Below are positions 1 to 13,326 of a DNA stretch of 64,000 nt, piece by piece (within the stretch, counting starts at the first letter, position 1; each line of letters starts with the position of its first letter). Source of the DNA: Raja brachyura (taxonomy: Eukaryota); the NCBI GenBank assembly GCA_963514005.1, contig OY740782.1, forward strand, positions 105,772,001 to 105,836,000. Reading direction: 5' to 3'. The position numbers were made by a program, and so were the translations under genes. Under the pieces are notes generated by a model. The model had not been told where the DNA came from. It saw nothing but the letters and a program-made list of their open reading frames with translations, and ran no database searches.

Positions 1-1095
1 TCAATTTGCGTTTAGCCTCACTCTGACAATGGAGGAGGCTGAGGACAGAAAGGTCTGTGTAGCAATGGGAAGGAGAACTAAAGTATCCAGCAACTGGGAG
101 ATCAGGTTGGTTCACACGTGCTGAGCGAAGGTGTTCCGCAGAACGATCGCCCAGTCTGCGTTTGGTCTCGTCAATGTATAAGAGTCAACATCTTGAACAA
201 CAAATGCAGTAGATGAGGTTGGAGGAGGTGCAAGTGAACTTCTGCCTAACCTGAAAGGACTGTCGGGATCCCTGGACAGTCAAGGGAGGAGGTATAGCGC
301 CTGGTGTTCCATTTTCTGCAGTTGCAGGGGAAGGTACCTGGGGAGGGAGTGGGTTGGGTGGGAAGGGATAAGTTAACCAGGGAGTTGCGGAGAGAACGGC
401 TGTGGAAGGAGGAAAGAGGTGGAGATGGGGAAAAGTGGCTAGTGGTGGGATCCCGTTGGAGGTGGCGGATATTTTGGAGTATTATGTGTTGTGTGCAACA
501 GCTGAAGGGGTGGAAGGTAAGGACTAGGGGGACACTGTCTCTGTTTCGACTAGGGAGAGGGGGAGCAAGGACAAGGGCAGAGGAACCCCCATTCCTTCAA
601 GAATGAGGACATCTCGCATGTCCTGGTATGGAACACGTCATCTTGGGCGCATATGGGGCTTAGACGGAGGAATTGGGAGTAAGGAATAGAGTCTTTGCAG
701 AAGCAGGGTGAGAAGAAGTGTGGTTGAGATAGTTGTGGGAGACAGTGGGTTTGCAATAGACGTCAGTCGATAGTCTATTTCTTGTGATGGAGACTGTGAG
801 ATCAAGAAAGGGGAGGCAGGTGTCGATGATGGTCCAAGTAAATTTGAGTGCAGGATAAAAATTGGTGGTGAAGTTGATGAAGTCAGTGAGTTCTGCATGG
901 GTGCAGGAGGTCACACTGGTTCAGTCATCAATGTAATGGAGATAGAGTTTGTGGATAGTGCCAGTGTACGCCTGGAACAGGGATTGTTCAACGTACCCTA
1001 CAATGAGGCAAGCATAGCTGGGGTCCATGCGGGTGCCTATAGCTACGCCTTGGAGGAAGTGGGAGGAATCAAAGGAGAAGGTATTGAGGGTGAAG
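1..1095 (-). mobile_element. Penelope-like retroelement fragment (RT C-terminus plus GIY-YIG endonuclease), frameshifted, runs off the window start
   Basis: Minus-strand translation gives LPFLDL, YCKPT.SHNYL..TSSHP, KDSIPYSQFLRL, then NLIYCI.CSRC..LYI.ETKRRLGDR.AEHLR, which are typical of Penelope/Poseidon ORFs. Confidence 0.85.
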
Positions 1096-1366
1096 CGGGA
1101 GGAGTCATTGGCTTTGCTGTGCTAATTAGGAAAGTCAGATCAGAGTTCCCACAATACCAGGAGTATGAAATGCTGTAGGTTTACATTTCACTGTTTCATT
1201 GAAATATTTAGAATTTAAAGAGCAATTCAGAGTTCACTCAGCTTGACTGCCTGAAAAATTGCAATCAATGGTTTTCTGCAAAACTATAAACCACGTCCAT
1301 CATTAAATCAAATAAACTGAGAGCTTCCACCAAAGTAGACGCTGCCCATACAATTTGTGATTTTTA

Positions 1367-1793
1367 GACAATAGACAATAGGTGCAGGAGTAGGTCATTC
1401 ATGCCAGCACCACCATTCAATGTGATCATGGCTGATCATCCCCAGTCAGTACTGCATTCCTGCCTTCTCCCCATATCCCATGATTCCGCTATCTTTAAGA
1501 GCCCTATCTAGCTCTCTCTTGAAAGTATCCAGAGAACTGGCTTCCACCACCTCTAAGGCAGAGAATTCCACAGACTCACAACACTCTGTGTGAAAAAGTG
1601 TTTCTTCATCTCAGTTCTAAATGGCTTACCCCTTATTCTTAAACCGTGACCCCTGATTCTGGATTCCCCCAATATCGGGACATGTTTCCTGCCTCTAGTG
1701 TGTCCAAACCCTTAATAATCCTACATGTTTCAATAAGATCCCCTCTCATCCTTCTAAACTTCAGAGTATACAAGCCCAGCCGCTCCATTCTCT
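1367..1793 (-). mobile_element. CR1 LINE 3' end
   Basis: ERLGLYTL.FRRMRGDLIET.RIIKGLD motif; 3' UTR ends in an ATTGTCT microsatellite tail (plus strand AGACAAT repeats). Confidence 0.85.
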
Positions 1794-2164
1794 CAGGAAT
1801 TTGGAGGAATTTTGCAAGAATAATTCCCAAGTAATAATTGCTGATTTATGCCTGCCCTGGCATTGTTGCCCATTGTGAAGCAGTGTTATCTCAGTCCATG
1901 CCTATAACTTCTATTCAATACACAACCAACTAATTTAATGAGTTAGCAGTTTACCAACACCTTTGGTTGCCAGTCTTCTGCACATTTTTGTGCTTCAGAG
2001 TCTAAACTATGTGCATTATTTATGCTAAATATATATTTCTAAATATTTACTATATTGAAAGCTTTTTCTTTGGATGAACTTTATACCATCGTTAAAAGAA
2101 GAAAATGACAAACATCATCAATATTCGTCATGGTATTTAATTTGAAAATAAGTAAAGCAACCTA

Positions 2165-2257
2165 GGTAGACAAAAATGCTGGAGAAACACAGGGGGTGAG
2201 GCAGCATTATAGAACGAAGGAATAGGTGGTGTTTTGGGTCGAGACCCTTCTTCAGAC
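2165..2257 (-). repeat. Short Penelope-terminal repeat with a degenerate hammerhead core
   Basis: Homologous to the termini at 4021-4150 and 21600-21697; minus strand reads CTGAAGAAGGGTCTCGACCCAAAAC. Confidence 0.7.
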
Positions 2258-3061
2258 TTTTGCTATATCATATGCAGAGCAAACAGCTCATTGAAGCAGA
2301 TGGAGTTAATCAATATTTTACACCTTTTACATCTGACCATCACATTTCTGAATTATTTTCTGTAAAGACAAATCTACATCCAGAATTAAACAGTCAACAA
2401 TCCAAAACCTAAAGATCCAGCAGCAAAGATGGCAAGTCACAAGAGGGAAGAAATACCTCTAGCACCTGGAAAGATGTAAACCTCACCAAAAGCGCAAGGA
2501 AGAATTTTCCACCAGTTACTTCCATAGACACCATCGTAGGGATAGAACTTTCAACAACAGCAGAGGTGTGGAACATTTTCATGTGGGTGTCATGTCAGTG
2601 AGTCATGCTCAAACCACCTGAGTGAATTTCAGGCTTCATTATGCATTCAGAGCAAGATCTTGACATATAATCTTCCTGTGTTTTGAGCAAACTGTTTTAT
2701 GTAAATATCTGCCATCACTATAGGCTTGTCATGGTCTGCAGCAGGTAGCTGAAATGCAATGCATTTATCAAAATAAAATCTCTCTGAATTTATCAAAGTC
2801 CACAAGTAACAATGAAGCAGAGAGATTACCTCTCGAAATATTGGGACACTTTTATATTCATGTAGTCAACTATGGAAAGACAAGAAAATAATCACTATTT
2901 CACAAAATGTCATTCAGACTCTGTTTGTGTGCTGCGCTTTGGTCTCAGTCCACCTAAACTGGAAAGAAATCACAACATTTACACATGAAAGATATCAAGA
3001 AGGCGCACGAAAGGATGAGGGGAGGGGTTAGGATGCTCAAGGAAGTGAACTTCAGTTAGCT

Positions 3062-3432
3062 ATGAATGAATGAATAAGTTTATTGGCTAAATATTCACAT
3101 ACAAGGAATTTGCCTTGGTGATCGGCCCACAAGTGACAATGACACACAGTGACAGTTAGGAAGACACATAAAACATTACACATTAATAATAAAACATTAT
3201 TGATTAAACATGTGAATTAAGTGAAATATCAGAACAAAAGGAGGCTACAAATTTTTGGTTATTGAGTAGAGCTACGACTCGTGGAAAAAAAGCTGCTTTT
3301 ATGTCTGGCTGCGGCAGCTTTGACAGTCCGGAGCCGCCTTCCAGAGGGAAGTGATTCAAAGTGTTTGTGGCCGGGGTCAGAGGGATCAGAGATGATCTGA
3401 CCCGCTTGCTTCCTGGCCCTTACAGTGTACAG
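3062..3432 (-). mobile_element. Rex1/Babar-type LINE 3' end
   Basis: IISDPSDPGHKHFESLPSGRRLR....ARHKSSFF C-terminal motif; (ATTC)n tail. Confidence 0.75.
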
Positions 3433-4020
3433 TTCATGGTCATAGTGGTCAATATGATTAGGAGGCAAGGAAGGAAAACAAGGTATATTGATTTTCAACT
3501 ACCCAGAAATGAAGTATCATATGCAAGCCACAGAAAAGCACGAAAAATGAAAATTTGTTTCAGTTTTCACTCTTCTGCCCAAGTTCCACCAGGAAAGTTC
3601 ACAAATAATGTTCACCTCACTTTTTGTTTGATCAGAAATCTCTCTAACCCCGTTTTCATCCTGTGTTTGCTAATATTACCGTAATTGCTAAAAATGTAGA
3701 CCGCCCGCTAGAGGCATTTGCAAATGTGCAAATGACTGATGAAATGTTATGCAGGACAACCAGAGCTGATAAACACTAGAGGGTGTCATTGTTCCTATGT
3801 TATAATACACTGCAACCAGTGCCTACTTCAAGACAGGAAGTTTGTTTTACGCAAATTTAATCCTTTGACTTAATGCTTTTACCCTAGAGCAGGTCCAGCT
3901 GAAAGGAGGTAAAAAGCAGCACATTTCCACCCACTTCACAAGCCTAAACCAGTCCAGCAAAATGCTTCCCCAACTTCAGCACAACCCAACCACTCTGCTC
4001 ACAAAGTAACTGCAATGAAT

Positions 4021-4647
4021 TGTTAAAGAAGGAACTGCAGATGCTGGAGAATCGAGGGTTACACAAAAAGCTGGAGAAACTCAGCGGGTGCAGCAGCATC
4101 TAAGGAGTGAAGGAGATAGGTGACGTTTCGGGTCGAGACCCTTCTTCAGACTGGTCAGGGATCAGGGAAACGAGAGATATAAACAGTGATATGGAGAGAT
4201 AAAGCAAGAACAATGAGTGAAAGATATGCAAAAAAGTATTGGTGATAAGGAAAGCAGGCCATTGTAAGCCGTTTCTGGTGTGAAAATGAGAAGCTAACGT
4301 GACTTGGGGGGGGGGGGGGGGGGGGAGATGGAGAAGGAATGTCAGGGCCCGAGGGCTGAGGGAGAGGTGGGGGGGTGGGGGGGTGGGGGGGTGGGGGGAA
4401 AGGAGCAGTCTGGGTTAACAGAAATGGGGAAATTCAATGTTTAAGCCCAGAGGATGCAGACTCCCCAAGCGGAATATGAGATGCTGTTCCTCACACTTGC
4501 GGTGTTGTTCACTCTGGCCATGGAGGAGGCCCAGGACCGAGAGGTCGGATACGGAGAATACGAAATTCAGAAATTCAGAGGGTGAGGCAGCATCTATGGA
4601 GCAGAGGAAATAGGCAACGTTGTGGGTTGAGACCCTTCTTCAGACTG
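4021..4647 (-). mobile_element. Penelope-like 3' fragment with terminal repeat, plus a second partial terminal repeat (4578-4647)
   Basis: Minus strand encodes DLSVLGLLHGQSEQHRKCEEQHLIFRLGSLHPLGLNIEF; near-identical to the reverse complement of ~21230-21697. Confidence 0.85.
4122..4149 (-). ncRNA. Minimal type I hammerhead ribozyme core (Penelope-associated)
   Basis: CTGAAGA, stem II GGGTC-TC-GACCC, GAAAC-GTC with a palindromic ACGT stem III; stem I is only ~2 bp. Confidence 0.65.
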
Positions 4648-4664
4648 ACAAAGATGTACTATAC

Positions 4665-4764
4665 CTGTGAGTTATTATTGTTAAAACCGACGCATGTATT
4701 CAAATGTACACATTGTTTTGGAGTTCTGCAGTTATAAACCATCTGTACGAACATGTAATCTCAG
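4665..4764 (-). pseudogene. Candidate decayed exon (CUB-like peptide)
   Basis: Acceptor cttttccacag| and donor cag|gtatag; reads EITCSYRWFITAELQNNVYI*IHAS. The domain resemblance was judged by eye only. Confidence 0.3.
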
Positions 4765-5036
4765 CTGTGGAAAAGCATATTTGGAAATCTACCTTCATGT
4801 TCTTTTCGTTACTAAAATAAATCTCCCATTAATAAAAAGGGGAAAAGAACACTGCTGTAAATAAATAGGCTTCCCCGAATCAAAAATAAGAAAAATATTG
4901 AAAAACTGCAAGAATATCCAATTTTTGTACTGGAAGATGTAGAATACTGTTTTGGAATGTAGCAAAATAAAGAGCATTTAAATTTAGAAAGAATTTTCTA
5001 GAATGCCAGATCAGAGCAAAGCAAAAGTTCTCTTAC

Positions 5037-5187
5037 CAATATAACCAGCCCTCAGGGCACATACCAAGTTATACCACAAAGAGGTTTGGATCGATGAATC
5101 AGTGTACTCGGACTTTCCGGGCAAGGCACAATCAGAAGGGATTACAGTTCCACTTGGGCATCAGTATGCAATGTGATTTTTTGAGTA
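5037..5187 (-). pseudogene. Candidate decayed exon (LDLa-like peptide)
   Basis: Acceptor atttttatgcag| and donor ttg|gtaaga; reads AY*CPSGTVIPSDCALPGKSEYTDSS. All three frames contain stops. Confidence 0.3.
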
Positions 5188-5486
5188 CTGCATAAAAATA
5201 TCCGTCCAATTATTTTGTTGAAGCAGCCATTCACCCAGACCTTTTTGTGGAACGTAAAAGGAAATGCTTGTCAAAGAAGCCCCATGATTAAATCCCCCTC
5301 CCATCCATTCAGGTTAAAGCATTTGGTTGAAAGGTTAAAGAGAAAGAGAAAACAACCAGAAGAATATACAAAAGTTGTGAAGGGCACAAATACAGAAAGA
5401 GAATAAACAAAGAAATACAAGTCACAAAATACATACATTTGTGAATGGTAGCACCTCAGGTCATGTAACCGGGGAGATAAAAACTT

Positions 5487-5629
5487 AGATACATTAAAAA
5501 ATAAATTGGATAGGCATATGGATGAGAAGGGTATGGAGGGTTATGGTATGAGTGCAGGCAGGTGGGACTAAGGGAAAAAAGTTGTTCGGCATGGACTTGA
5601 AGGGCCGAGATGGCCTGTTTCTGTGCTGT
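5487..5629 (+). mobile_element. CR1 3' end split by the DIRS insertion; its tail resumes at 10014-10036
   Basis: Matches the intact CR1 end at 53570-53733 (...gtgctgtaattgttatatggttatatgg). Confidence 0.85.
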
Positions 5630-6230
5630 AATAGTAAGATTAAACGAGAACTTACCTGTTCGAAGTTTGATCTTTATTTCATGAGGAGTTACGATGAGGG
5701 ATTACGTGAAGAAGCCCCGCCTGGCGCTGGATCGGCATACTTCAAAGCAGCGGCATGAAAAACACTGAACCAATAGGCGGAGTAAGATAGTAAGGCTCAA
5801 AAATAGACTAGAACTACCAGACGATCATTTATATTATGAGGGTTGGGAGTGGAGGGCACGTAATCCCTCATCGTAACTCCTCATAAAATAAAGATCAAAC
5901 TTCGAACAGGTAAGTTCTCGTTTAATCTTACTATTTTACTTCGGAGTCACGTGAGTGACTACGTGAAGATTTTAAAGCTCTGTGTTTTTTTATGTCGTAA
6001 ATTCATTCCATACGACTCTCTGTTTAGTCAACACAGTAGTGAGTAAATAGTATTTTAAGACATTGTTACAATTTATGTAATAAGTCTTTCAGCCATAAAA
6101 AAGAACAGCTTTTTAAAAAAATAATAACCCCTCTATCCCAGGGGAAAATTACAAAAAGAAAATTGACAAAAGATGTCAATGATAACATAAATCGATAATA
6201 TAAATTGATAATATAAAACAAAGCAAGCAT

Positions 6231-7188
6231 TTAAAGAGAACCCAGTACTGTGTGTCCAAACCCTGGCACCGTGACAACAGGTTTATTGTAGAACTTTGAA
6301 AATGTTTCTACTCTACCCCACCCTGCGGCCTCTAAAATTTTATCGAGTGGTACATCCTGTACCTTCGCCACGGACGCAGCTGCCTCCCTAGTGGAGTGAG
6401 ATTTAAACACATCAGTGTCTATTCCTGCTAGACCCAAACCTGTTTTAACCATCTAGAAATGGTTTGAACTGAACTTTATATGTGGCTTTTTGCGTGTTAT
6501 CAATAACGCTTTCTCAGAACCTCTGAGATTTTGGTTACCTCAATGTATTGAGTTAAATGCTTAACTACACACAATGTTTCATCAATAGGATACGCTTTAA
6601 ACATTACCTTAATTCCAGTTCTCCCTGGTCTGCTTTGTTTGATCAGGTCATAAACATAAACACAATGTTATCTGTAGTCACATGCATGCAATCCAACCGT
6701 AACAATTGCAAAGTTTGTACTCTTTGAGCTGATACCAATGCCATTAACATAACCACCTAAATGTTAATTTCTGCAAAGACATTGATGTAATTGGAGCCCA
6801 TTGTTTCAGCAAAATGAGAACAATGCTAACATCCCAAATTTCTGTATATCTGGGCTTGGGAGGATTTTATTAAAATACCTTTCATGAATCGGGATACTAA
6901 TGGGTGAGACCCTACTGAATCCCGATCAGAAATATGTCCTAAATAGGATGACAATGCACTACAAGCACAATTAATGACACTATAGCTCAAATGCTCATCA
7001 AGTGTAGCCCAGCAAGGAACTCCAAAACATTTGAATGTTTGCAGTATAAGATATCTTTGACTGTGTACAAAACTTCCCATTTTGTTATATGTGACAAAAA
7101 TTGTTTTTTAGTGCTATTCCTCTAAGCTACATCTATACAACCAAGGTCCTGTCCAACAGTTCAACTCTTGCAATGGTCTGGTCAGAAC
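6231..7188 (-). pseudogene. DIRS tyrosine recombinase, frameshifted
   Basis: LSYSVINCACSALS, VGSHPLVSRFMKGI, FKSHSTR, AAGW.....FSKFYNKP motifs, spread over several frames. Confidence 0.85.
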
Positions 7189-8650
7189 CTGCAGATAAAC
7201 AAATTCATATGATCATGCAATGGACAAATTTCTTTTGTTACTGGTTGTGTCAACAGGTTGTCGCAACTGGGAATTGTCATGCATGGTTCAACAATCATTT
7301 TAAGCATCAATGGGAACCATGACTGCGTAGGCCCATTTTGGCACCACCAATAATGCCTTTGGCAGCGTCTTGCGCTATTTCCTTGGGACATTGCCCAATC
7401 AGACAGAATGGTGAAAAGCATAAAAACGTATTCCCCCAGTGTAGCGAGAAAGCATCCACCGCTACTGCCCCTGGATCGTGTTCCCAAGACACGTATTTGG
7501 GCAATTGGTGATTCAATCTAGATGTAAACAGATCAATGTACGGTACTCCATACCGACTGACAATATTTTGAAAATTTGTGGATAACATCCATTCTGTATT
7601 GTCTTTAATTATTCATGATCTTTTGTCTGCCACAACATTGGCTCTTCCTGGGAGATAAACAGCTGAACCAAATATTTTTCCAATACACCATTGCCACATC
7701 TGGTTACCAGATGATCACATGATCTGACACCACCCATGTGATTAATATATGCCACAGTTGTGGTATTGTCTATTTGTGTATGGACATGTAAATCTTTAAT
7801 GTAGAACAATAAGCTTTTAATCCATAATTGCTCCCAGTAGCTCCAAATAATTAATACCATATGTTTGGAGCAAAAAATCCTCTTGGACAGCCCATCTGCC
7901 CCCCGCAGCTGGTCTCATAATCCGTAGCCCCCCCCCCCCCCCCCTAGATTTTAGATTTTGTTGGATAAATCAGGAACCCAACTTCTCAAACAGGCTTGTA
8001 GTTGCTGAGACTGATTTTCAGCTGACTCCTGATTAGCATAAACAATTAATGTCATCTAGATAAGCCATAACGATGTGTTTTGTGCCCTTAGCAGTGCAAG
8101 TGCTGGCTTCAACAATAAAGTGAACAATCTAGGTGCTGAATTAGCATCCAGTTGCCCAATTGACCCATTAGGTAATGCTTGTATTGCCACAGCTGTCCCA
8201 TCCATAAAACTTTAATTACCTGCGAAACTATGGTGAATTGGGACCGAAAATATGCATCCTTCAATCTATTGTAGCCATATAACAACCTGTTGATACCAGC
8301 TGCATTGCAGTGTTGAATGTGTCCATTTTAAAATGTTTATACTGGACAAATGTATTCAATTGTGTGAGATCTAAAATGATTCTACAACCCCCATCTTTCT
8401 TCGATCTGGGGAAAATATTTGATACAATTGTTGTAGATCCTCTCCTGTTTTCTCTATAACTCCTTTCTCACACAAATTCTTAACCTCTTTGTCAATTTGA
8501 ATTATTTCAAGACTGAAACATCAAAGAATGATTAGGCTTATTGTGTCCCAATGGATCCATACCTCCCTTTCATTATAAACATTCGGAGTCTACCACCAAT
8601 CTGAGGTTCATCCAAACATCCTTCTTTAATAGGATAAAGTTTTTGTACCT
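7182..8650 (-). pseudogene. DIRS pol (RT/RNase H/methyltransferase-like), with many frameshifts and deletions
   Basis: HFKMDTF, IDNTTTVAYINHMGG and IDLFTSRLNHQLPKYVSW fragments, colinear with ORF 25124-27133. Confidence 0.85.
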
Positions 8651-8699
8651 CTCCAACTGGACGAAATGATCTCCTTTCCCAATAAATGGGTGTACATTC

Positions 8700-9700
8700 G
8701 GCTGTGCTGGCTGGTAATTCTTCCTTAAATCAAATCCCCATCTCATATGACCAGCCTTTCTGGCCAAACTGAAGGGTTTCACAAGGCCAACAGTTTTTGA
8801 CTCTTCATCCATTTCTTTAATTTGTTTAGACAGATTTCCTCCGAACAAATAACCAAGAGCTTGAACATTGCTTGCCCTGCACAACCCTGAAAATCTTGGA
8901 TGTAAAAGAGGCCGAATGGCAATCTTCCATTTTTTATATAATTTATCTCAAAAATGAGTTGCAGAATAAACCCAACATATGTTTATTCTGAAGTTTGGTC
9001 ATTCCACAACCTTCCAGCTTGTCTTCCAAAAGACAGTGATGCCAAATTAGCTTGAGGATTCTTTGAATCGTAATTCCTGCGCCCGCATTATTGCTGACAT
9101 TGGCACCCAAAAAGCTGGATTCACCATAGGTACCTTCTTTGAGGTACAATAAATAGGTGTTTAAATCCAAATCTGTTGTCTCAACCGTAACAGCTTTTTT
9201 GAGGCAGGTGAGAGACCATATAATTAACATTGGCCGCCAGGTTCCTTCCATGGCCTCACCGCCTCCTCCAGGTATAGTAAACTTTGTGCCCCATCAGACA
9301 CACCTGGATTTGTATTGTGGTGGGTACTTCTGACCACATATAAATACCACTTTCAGGGTCAGTCTCATACAGCCCTGGTACTCCTGAAACTTGTTCAAGG
9401 AGACTTCCTCCAGTCCAATCCCAGGCACTGGAGTTTCAATTCCCAATTCAAACTGGCACCATATTCATGATATGGAACCCCCCCAGGGGCTGCCTGGGAA
9501 TATTCTGGGTACTTAGACCCTTGGTTGATATTGTTTGGAGTATTTTCTCCATTAGATCCATTCTTAGCCAAAGGCTTTCCTTCAGGATCTTTCAGAAACC
9601 TCAGGCCTTTCAAGCTTCCTTTTACAATTTAGGCACTGGGTTTTCAAAGTTTTTGTTTGTGGAGCAACCAAAGGCTCACTAACGGGTATTTCAACGGCCA
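8700..9700 (-). pseudogene. DIRS gag-like ORF1 remnant
   Basis: YLFGGNLSKQIKEMDEESKTVGLV matches QLFGEDLPKQVKDLDDHAKTVGLM of ORF 27055-28197; boundaries approximate. Confidence 0.65.
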
Positions 9701-10587
9701 CCGGTATCGGAACCGGCTCCGCAATAATCTGCTGTCCCGACTTTCCTACACCCCGGGACGCACGTTTTACCCGCGATTTTTAAAAACATTTTAATTTTTA
9801 TTTTAACTCCTCCTGGTTTACCCACCAGCCTACGGAGTTTTTAGAAAACGCTCTGGAAGTAAAATAATTTTACTTACCTGCGGGCCGTTTCCTTACCGCT
9901 GTGTTGGAGCTGCGCTCTGCAGCTCTTCCTCTACCGATAGCGTCGACGTAATGCCGATCCAGCGCCAGGTGGGGCTTCTTCACGTAGTCACTCACGTGAC
10001 TCCGAAGTAAAATTGTTATATGGTTATATGGTTATATACAGAAAGCTATTCATTTGGAATTTTAATCTAATGTACGGTACTCAGTATAAAGTAATCTCCT
10101 CCCCATTGGGCATTTCCTGCAACTTAATATATTGCAACTTTCTTTCTTTGTATTTCCTCAATAAAGTATCAACCAGATGATTTCATCTGCAGCTTCCCCC
10201 TTGCCACCTTTGTCTTAGCATACCAGAGGTACCGTTTTCTCTTTTGCCCTCTTCTGGTCAAGGAGTCCTCAACCTGAAAGGTTAACACAACTTCTCTTTC
10301 CTCAGGTGCTGATGACCTGCTGAATCTTTCCAGCAATTTATGTTTTTATTAGTTAGTTCAGCTCTATGATTCCGAGGTCAACTCATTTTGAAATTTCCTC
10401 ATCTGCTTTCTTTTTTAAAAAATGTAGCAAAGAGAAGACACTTAATCCATCTGTTCTGGCTTCAAAAGTCAGATGTAAATTGGATTTTAGAGTAAATAAA
10501 AGCTTTATGTATCAGTACGCACTTCAAAGTGGGCCAGTGGAAAGAAAATGGCAATGCAGATAGACAGAACTGAGAATTGAACGATTC

Positions 10588-11121
10588 CTCCAAATCTGAG
10601 GAAGGATATTATTGCCATAGAGGGAGTGCAGAGAAGGTTCACCAGACTGATTCCTGGGATGTCAGGACTGTCTTATGAACAAAGACTGCATAGACTCGGT
10701 TTATACTCTCTAGAATTTAGGAGATTGAGAGGGAATCTTATAGAAACTTACAAAATTCTTAAGGGGTTGGACAGGCTAGATGCAGGAAGATTGTTCCCGA
10801 TGTTGGGGAGGTCCAGGACAAGGGGTCACAGCTTAAGGATAAGGGTGAAATCCTTTAGGACTGAGATGAGAAGGACTTTTTTCACACAGAGAGTGGTGGG
10901 TCTCTGGAACTCTCTGCCACAGAGGGTAGTTGAAGCCAGTTCATTGGCTATATTTAAGAGGGAAAAAGATGTGGCCCTTGTGGCTAAGGGGATCAGAGGG
11001 TATGGAGAGAAGGCAGGTACAGGATACTGAGTTGGATGATCAGCCATGATCATATTGAATGGCGGTGCAGGCTCGAAGGGCCGAATGGCCTACTCCTGCA
11101 CCTAATTTCTATGTTTCTATG
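10588..11121 (+). mobile_element. CR1 LINE 3' end (young, ORF2 C-terminus still open)
   Basis: VQRRFTRLIPGM.GLSYEQRL..LGLYSLEFRRLRG...FFTQRVV.LWNSLP; tail TTTCTATG x2. Confidence 0.92.
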
Positions 11122-13046
11122 CCTTCAGTAGTCAGGGAATTGAGTTCAAGAGTTGGGACAACATTTTGCACAGATGCACAGAACATTGGTGAACCCGCAC
11201 CTGGAATATCGTGTGGTTGCCATGCCGTAAGTAGGATGGTGTTTACTCTAGAGAGGGTTCAGAAATTATTCATAATGACATCAGCAGGACTGGAGGTCTT
11301 GAGTTACTGGATAGGCTGGGTCATTTAATCAGGAAGCTGAAGGGTGACATTATAGATTTATATAAAGTCATGAGATTGTTTAACCACTTACCCTCAATCT
11401 ACACTTTCTCAGCGCTGAACCCCCCATCATCAACATCCTGGACCACTACTGACCAGAATAGCAATTGTGCCACCCATACAACATGATTGGCTATAGGAAG
11501 AGATTAGATGCAGGGAACCCTGTGGTATTTTCTTACACATGCCAGGAGCATGATGAATACTCTCCATGTGCATGGATGGGTGTAGGTCCAACAGATTAAT
11601 AAAAGCTCCATTCAATCCAGGACAAAGCAACTCATTAGATTTACACCCCATCATGAATGTTCATTTCCTCTATATTGTGTTTTGCTGCAAAGACTGTAGC
11701 TACAAAATAAGCTGTTGTTACATAATTATGTTGATCTGACAATATCATTGGATATACCGCCAGCTAATCCCACCCCCAACTTAAAAATGTTTTACTGTTT
11801 CTCATTCCAATAATATCTTAACCAATAGTATTATCAGAGTATCTTCACCAGAAAGACAACAGTAGATTGAGGTGGAGACCCACCAATACTTTGTCAAATC
11901 AATTGGGGCAGGGCTCACTAACGGCATCCACACATCCTAAGAATAAACTAGAAACTATAATGGCAGGGAAATAAGTGGAAAGAAGTGTTGGGTATACGAA
12001 TAAATAATGATGAAAGGGCTGTGATGAAGTGCTATCTCAACGTAGGATCAATGTGGGTGGTGATTAGATGTAATAAGGGACAGTGAAAAACACTCTGGAG
12101 CAATTTGTACATCTACAGAAACGATACTGTGGGAGAGAATAGCTATCAGGAAAAGAGAGGATCTTGTAACAGAGGTCATGAATAATCATTCTTCAAATAG
12201 ACTGTGCTAATCAAATTACCAAATTAACAGGGGACCAGTTCATAAAATTCATTAGAATAGTTCTCTAGAGTAATTTCTCATGAAACTAGCCCTGGAGCAA
12301 CTAGTTATAGATCTTGTTTTATGTAATGCCAAGCTATATTGCAATAATATAAGAAGGAGAATTTTGAATCAAGTTAAGCAATGATTAACTTGTTTATGAA
12401 ACTTGAGTCCTGCACTTGCCAAAGACATTTGATGGTCAATGGAAAGTGATGGTGCACTCTGAATCTTTCTTGGTGTCCTTGCATCACCGAGGTCCATTGG
12501 GTCTCCAGATGGACAGGCTCCAGATTGTGATGCAGGAAGTTGTCCTTTAAGCCACTTGCATACGGAACTGCCGATGAATTTCCCCCCATGGTAAATCCAG
12601 CAAAACCATCCTGTTATCAATGCAATTGGATTTCATAATATCACAGAATGGTGCTGCAAAGGAAGCGGCCATTTGGCCATCAAATCTTGGCCAGCTCACC
12701 ACCAAACCAATTCAGAAGTTCCACCCCCCATTTTCTCTGCAGTCTCACATTTCCTTTCCAACACAAATGTATCTGATTCCCTCTTGCAGGCTACAGTGGA
12801 GTTTGCCTCCGTTTGCAGGTAAGGCATTGCAGATTTCAAACACAAAGTCATCTTATGGTCAATTGTTAAAATTGATGGTGCAATTTGCAAAATGCTTTTT
12901 GTCTTTTTCAATAGTTTTGTTCATTGCTGTATACCTATGGCTTATTGATCTTAATCTCTCTGCCAAAAGAAATATCCTCTTACTCTTCACTCAATCAAGG
13001 CCCTCATCATTTTATGTACTCCCATCAAATCTCTCTTCTGCCTTCA

Positions 13047-13326
13047 GGGCAGCACGGTGGTGCAGCAGTAAAGTTGCAACCTTGACAGCGCCAGAGACCC
13101 GGGTTTGATCCAGACTACGGGGGCTGTCTGTACGGAGTCTGTACGTTCTCCCCATGACTTGCATGGGTTTTCGCCGAGATCTTCGGTTTCTTCCCACTGC
13201 AAAGTGTAAATTGGCTTGGTAAATGCAAAAATTGTTCCTAGTGTGTGTAGGAAAGTGTTAATATGCGGGGATTGCTGGTCAGCATGGACCTGGTGGGCCA
13301 CAGGGCCTGTATCTCTAAACTAAACT
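13047..13326 (+). mobile_element. tRNA-derived SINE (HE1/V-SINE-like), inserted in an old CR1 remnant
   Basis: A-box GGTGGTGCAGCAG, B-box-like GGTTTGATCC, central gtacgttctcccc..gcatgggtttt domain, (CTAAA)n tail; homologues at 30105, 36557 and 40630. Confidence 0.85.

Larger units (their letters stand above)
5630..10013 (-). mobile_element. Full-length DIRS retrotransposon with decayed ORFs (copy A)
   Basis: ITR 5703-5738 pairs with 9951-9986; ICR 5857-5969 is complementary to both termini; remnants of gag, RT/RNaseH/MT and tyrosine recombinase lie inside; AAT at both ends. Confidence 0.92.

Noticed and set aside
3700-3735. CTCF-like and octamer-like motifs
   Set aside because: Imperfect spacing and matches; not distinguishable from chance.
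4665-5187. In-frame TGA codons read as selenocysteine
   Set aside because: No SECIS was identified; CGA-to-TGA decay is simpler, and neighbouring segments have frameshifts and TAA/TAG stops.
13047-13120. tRNA gene
   Set aside because: It is the tRNA-derived head of a SINE, with no complete cloverleaf.
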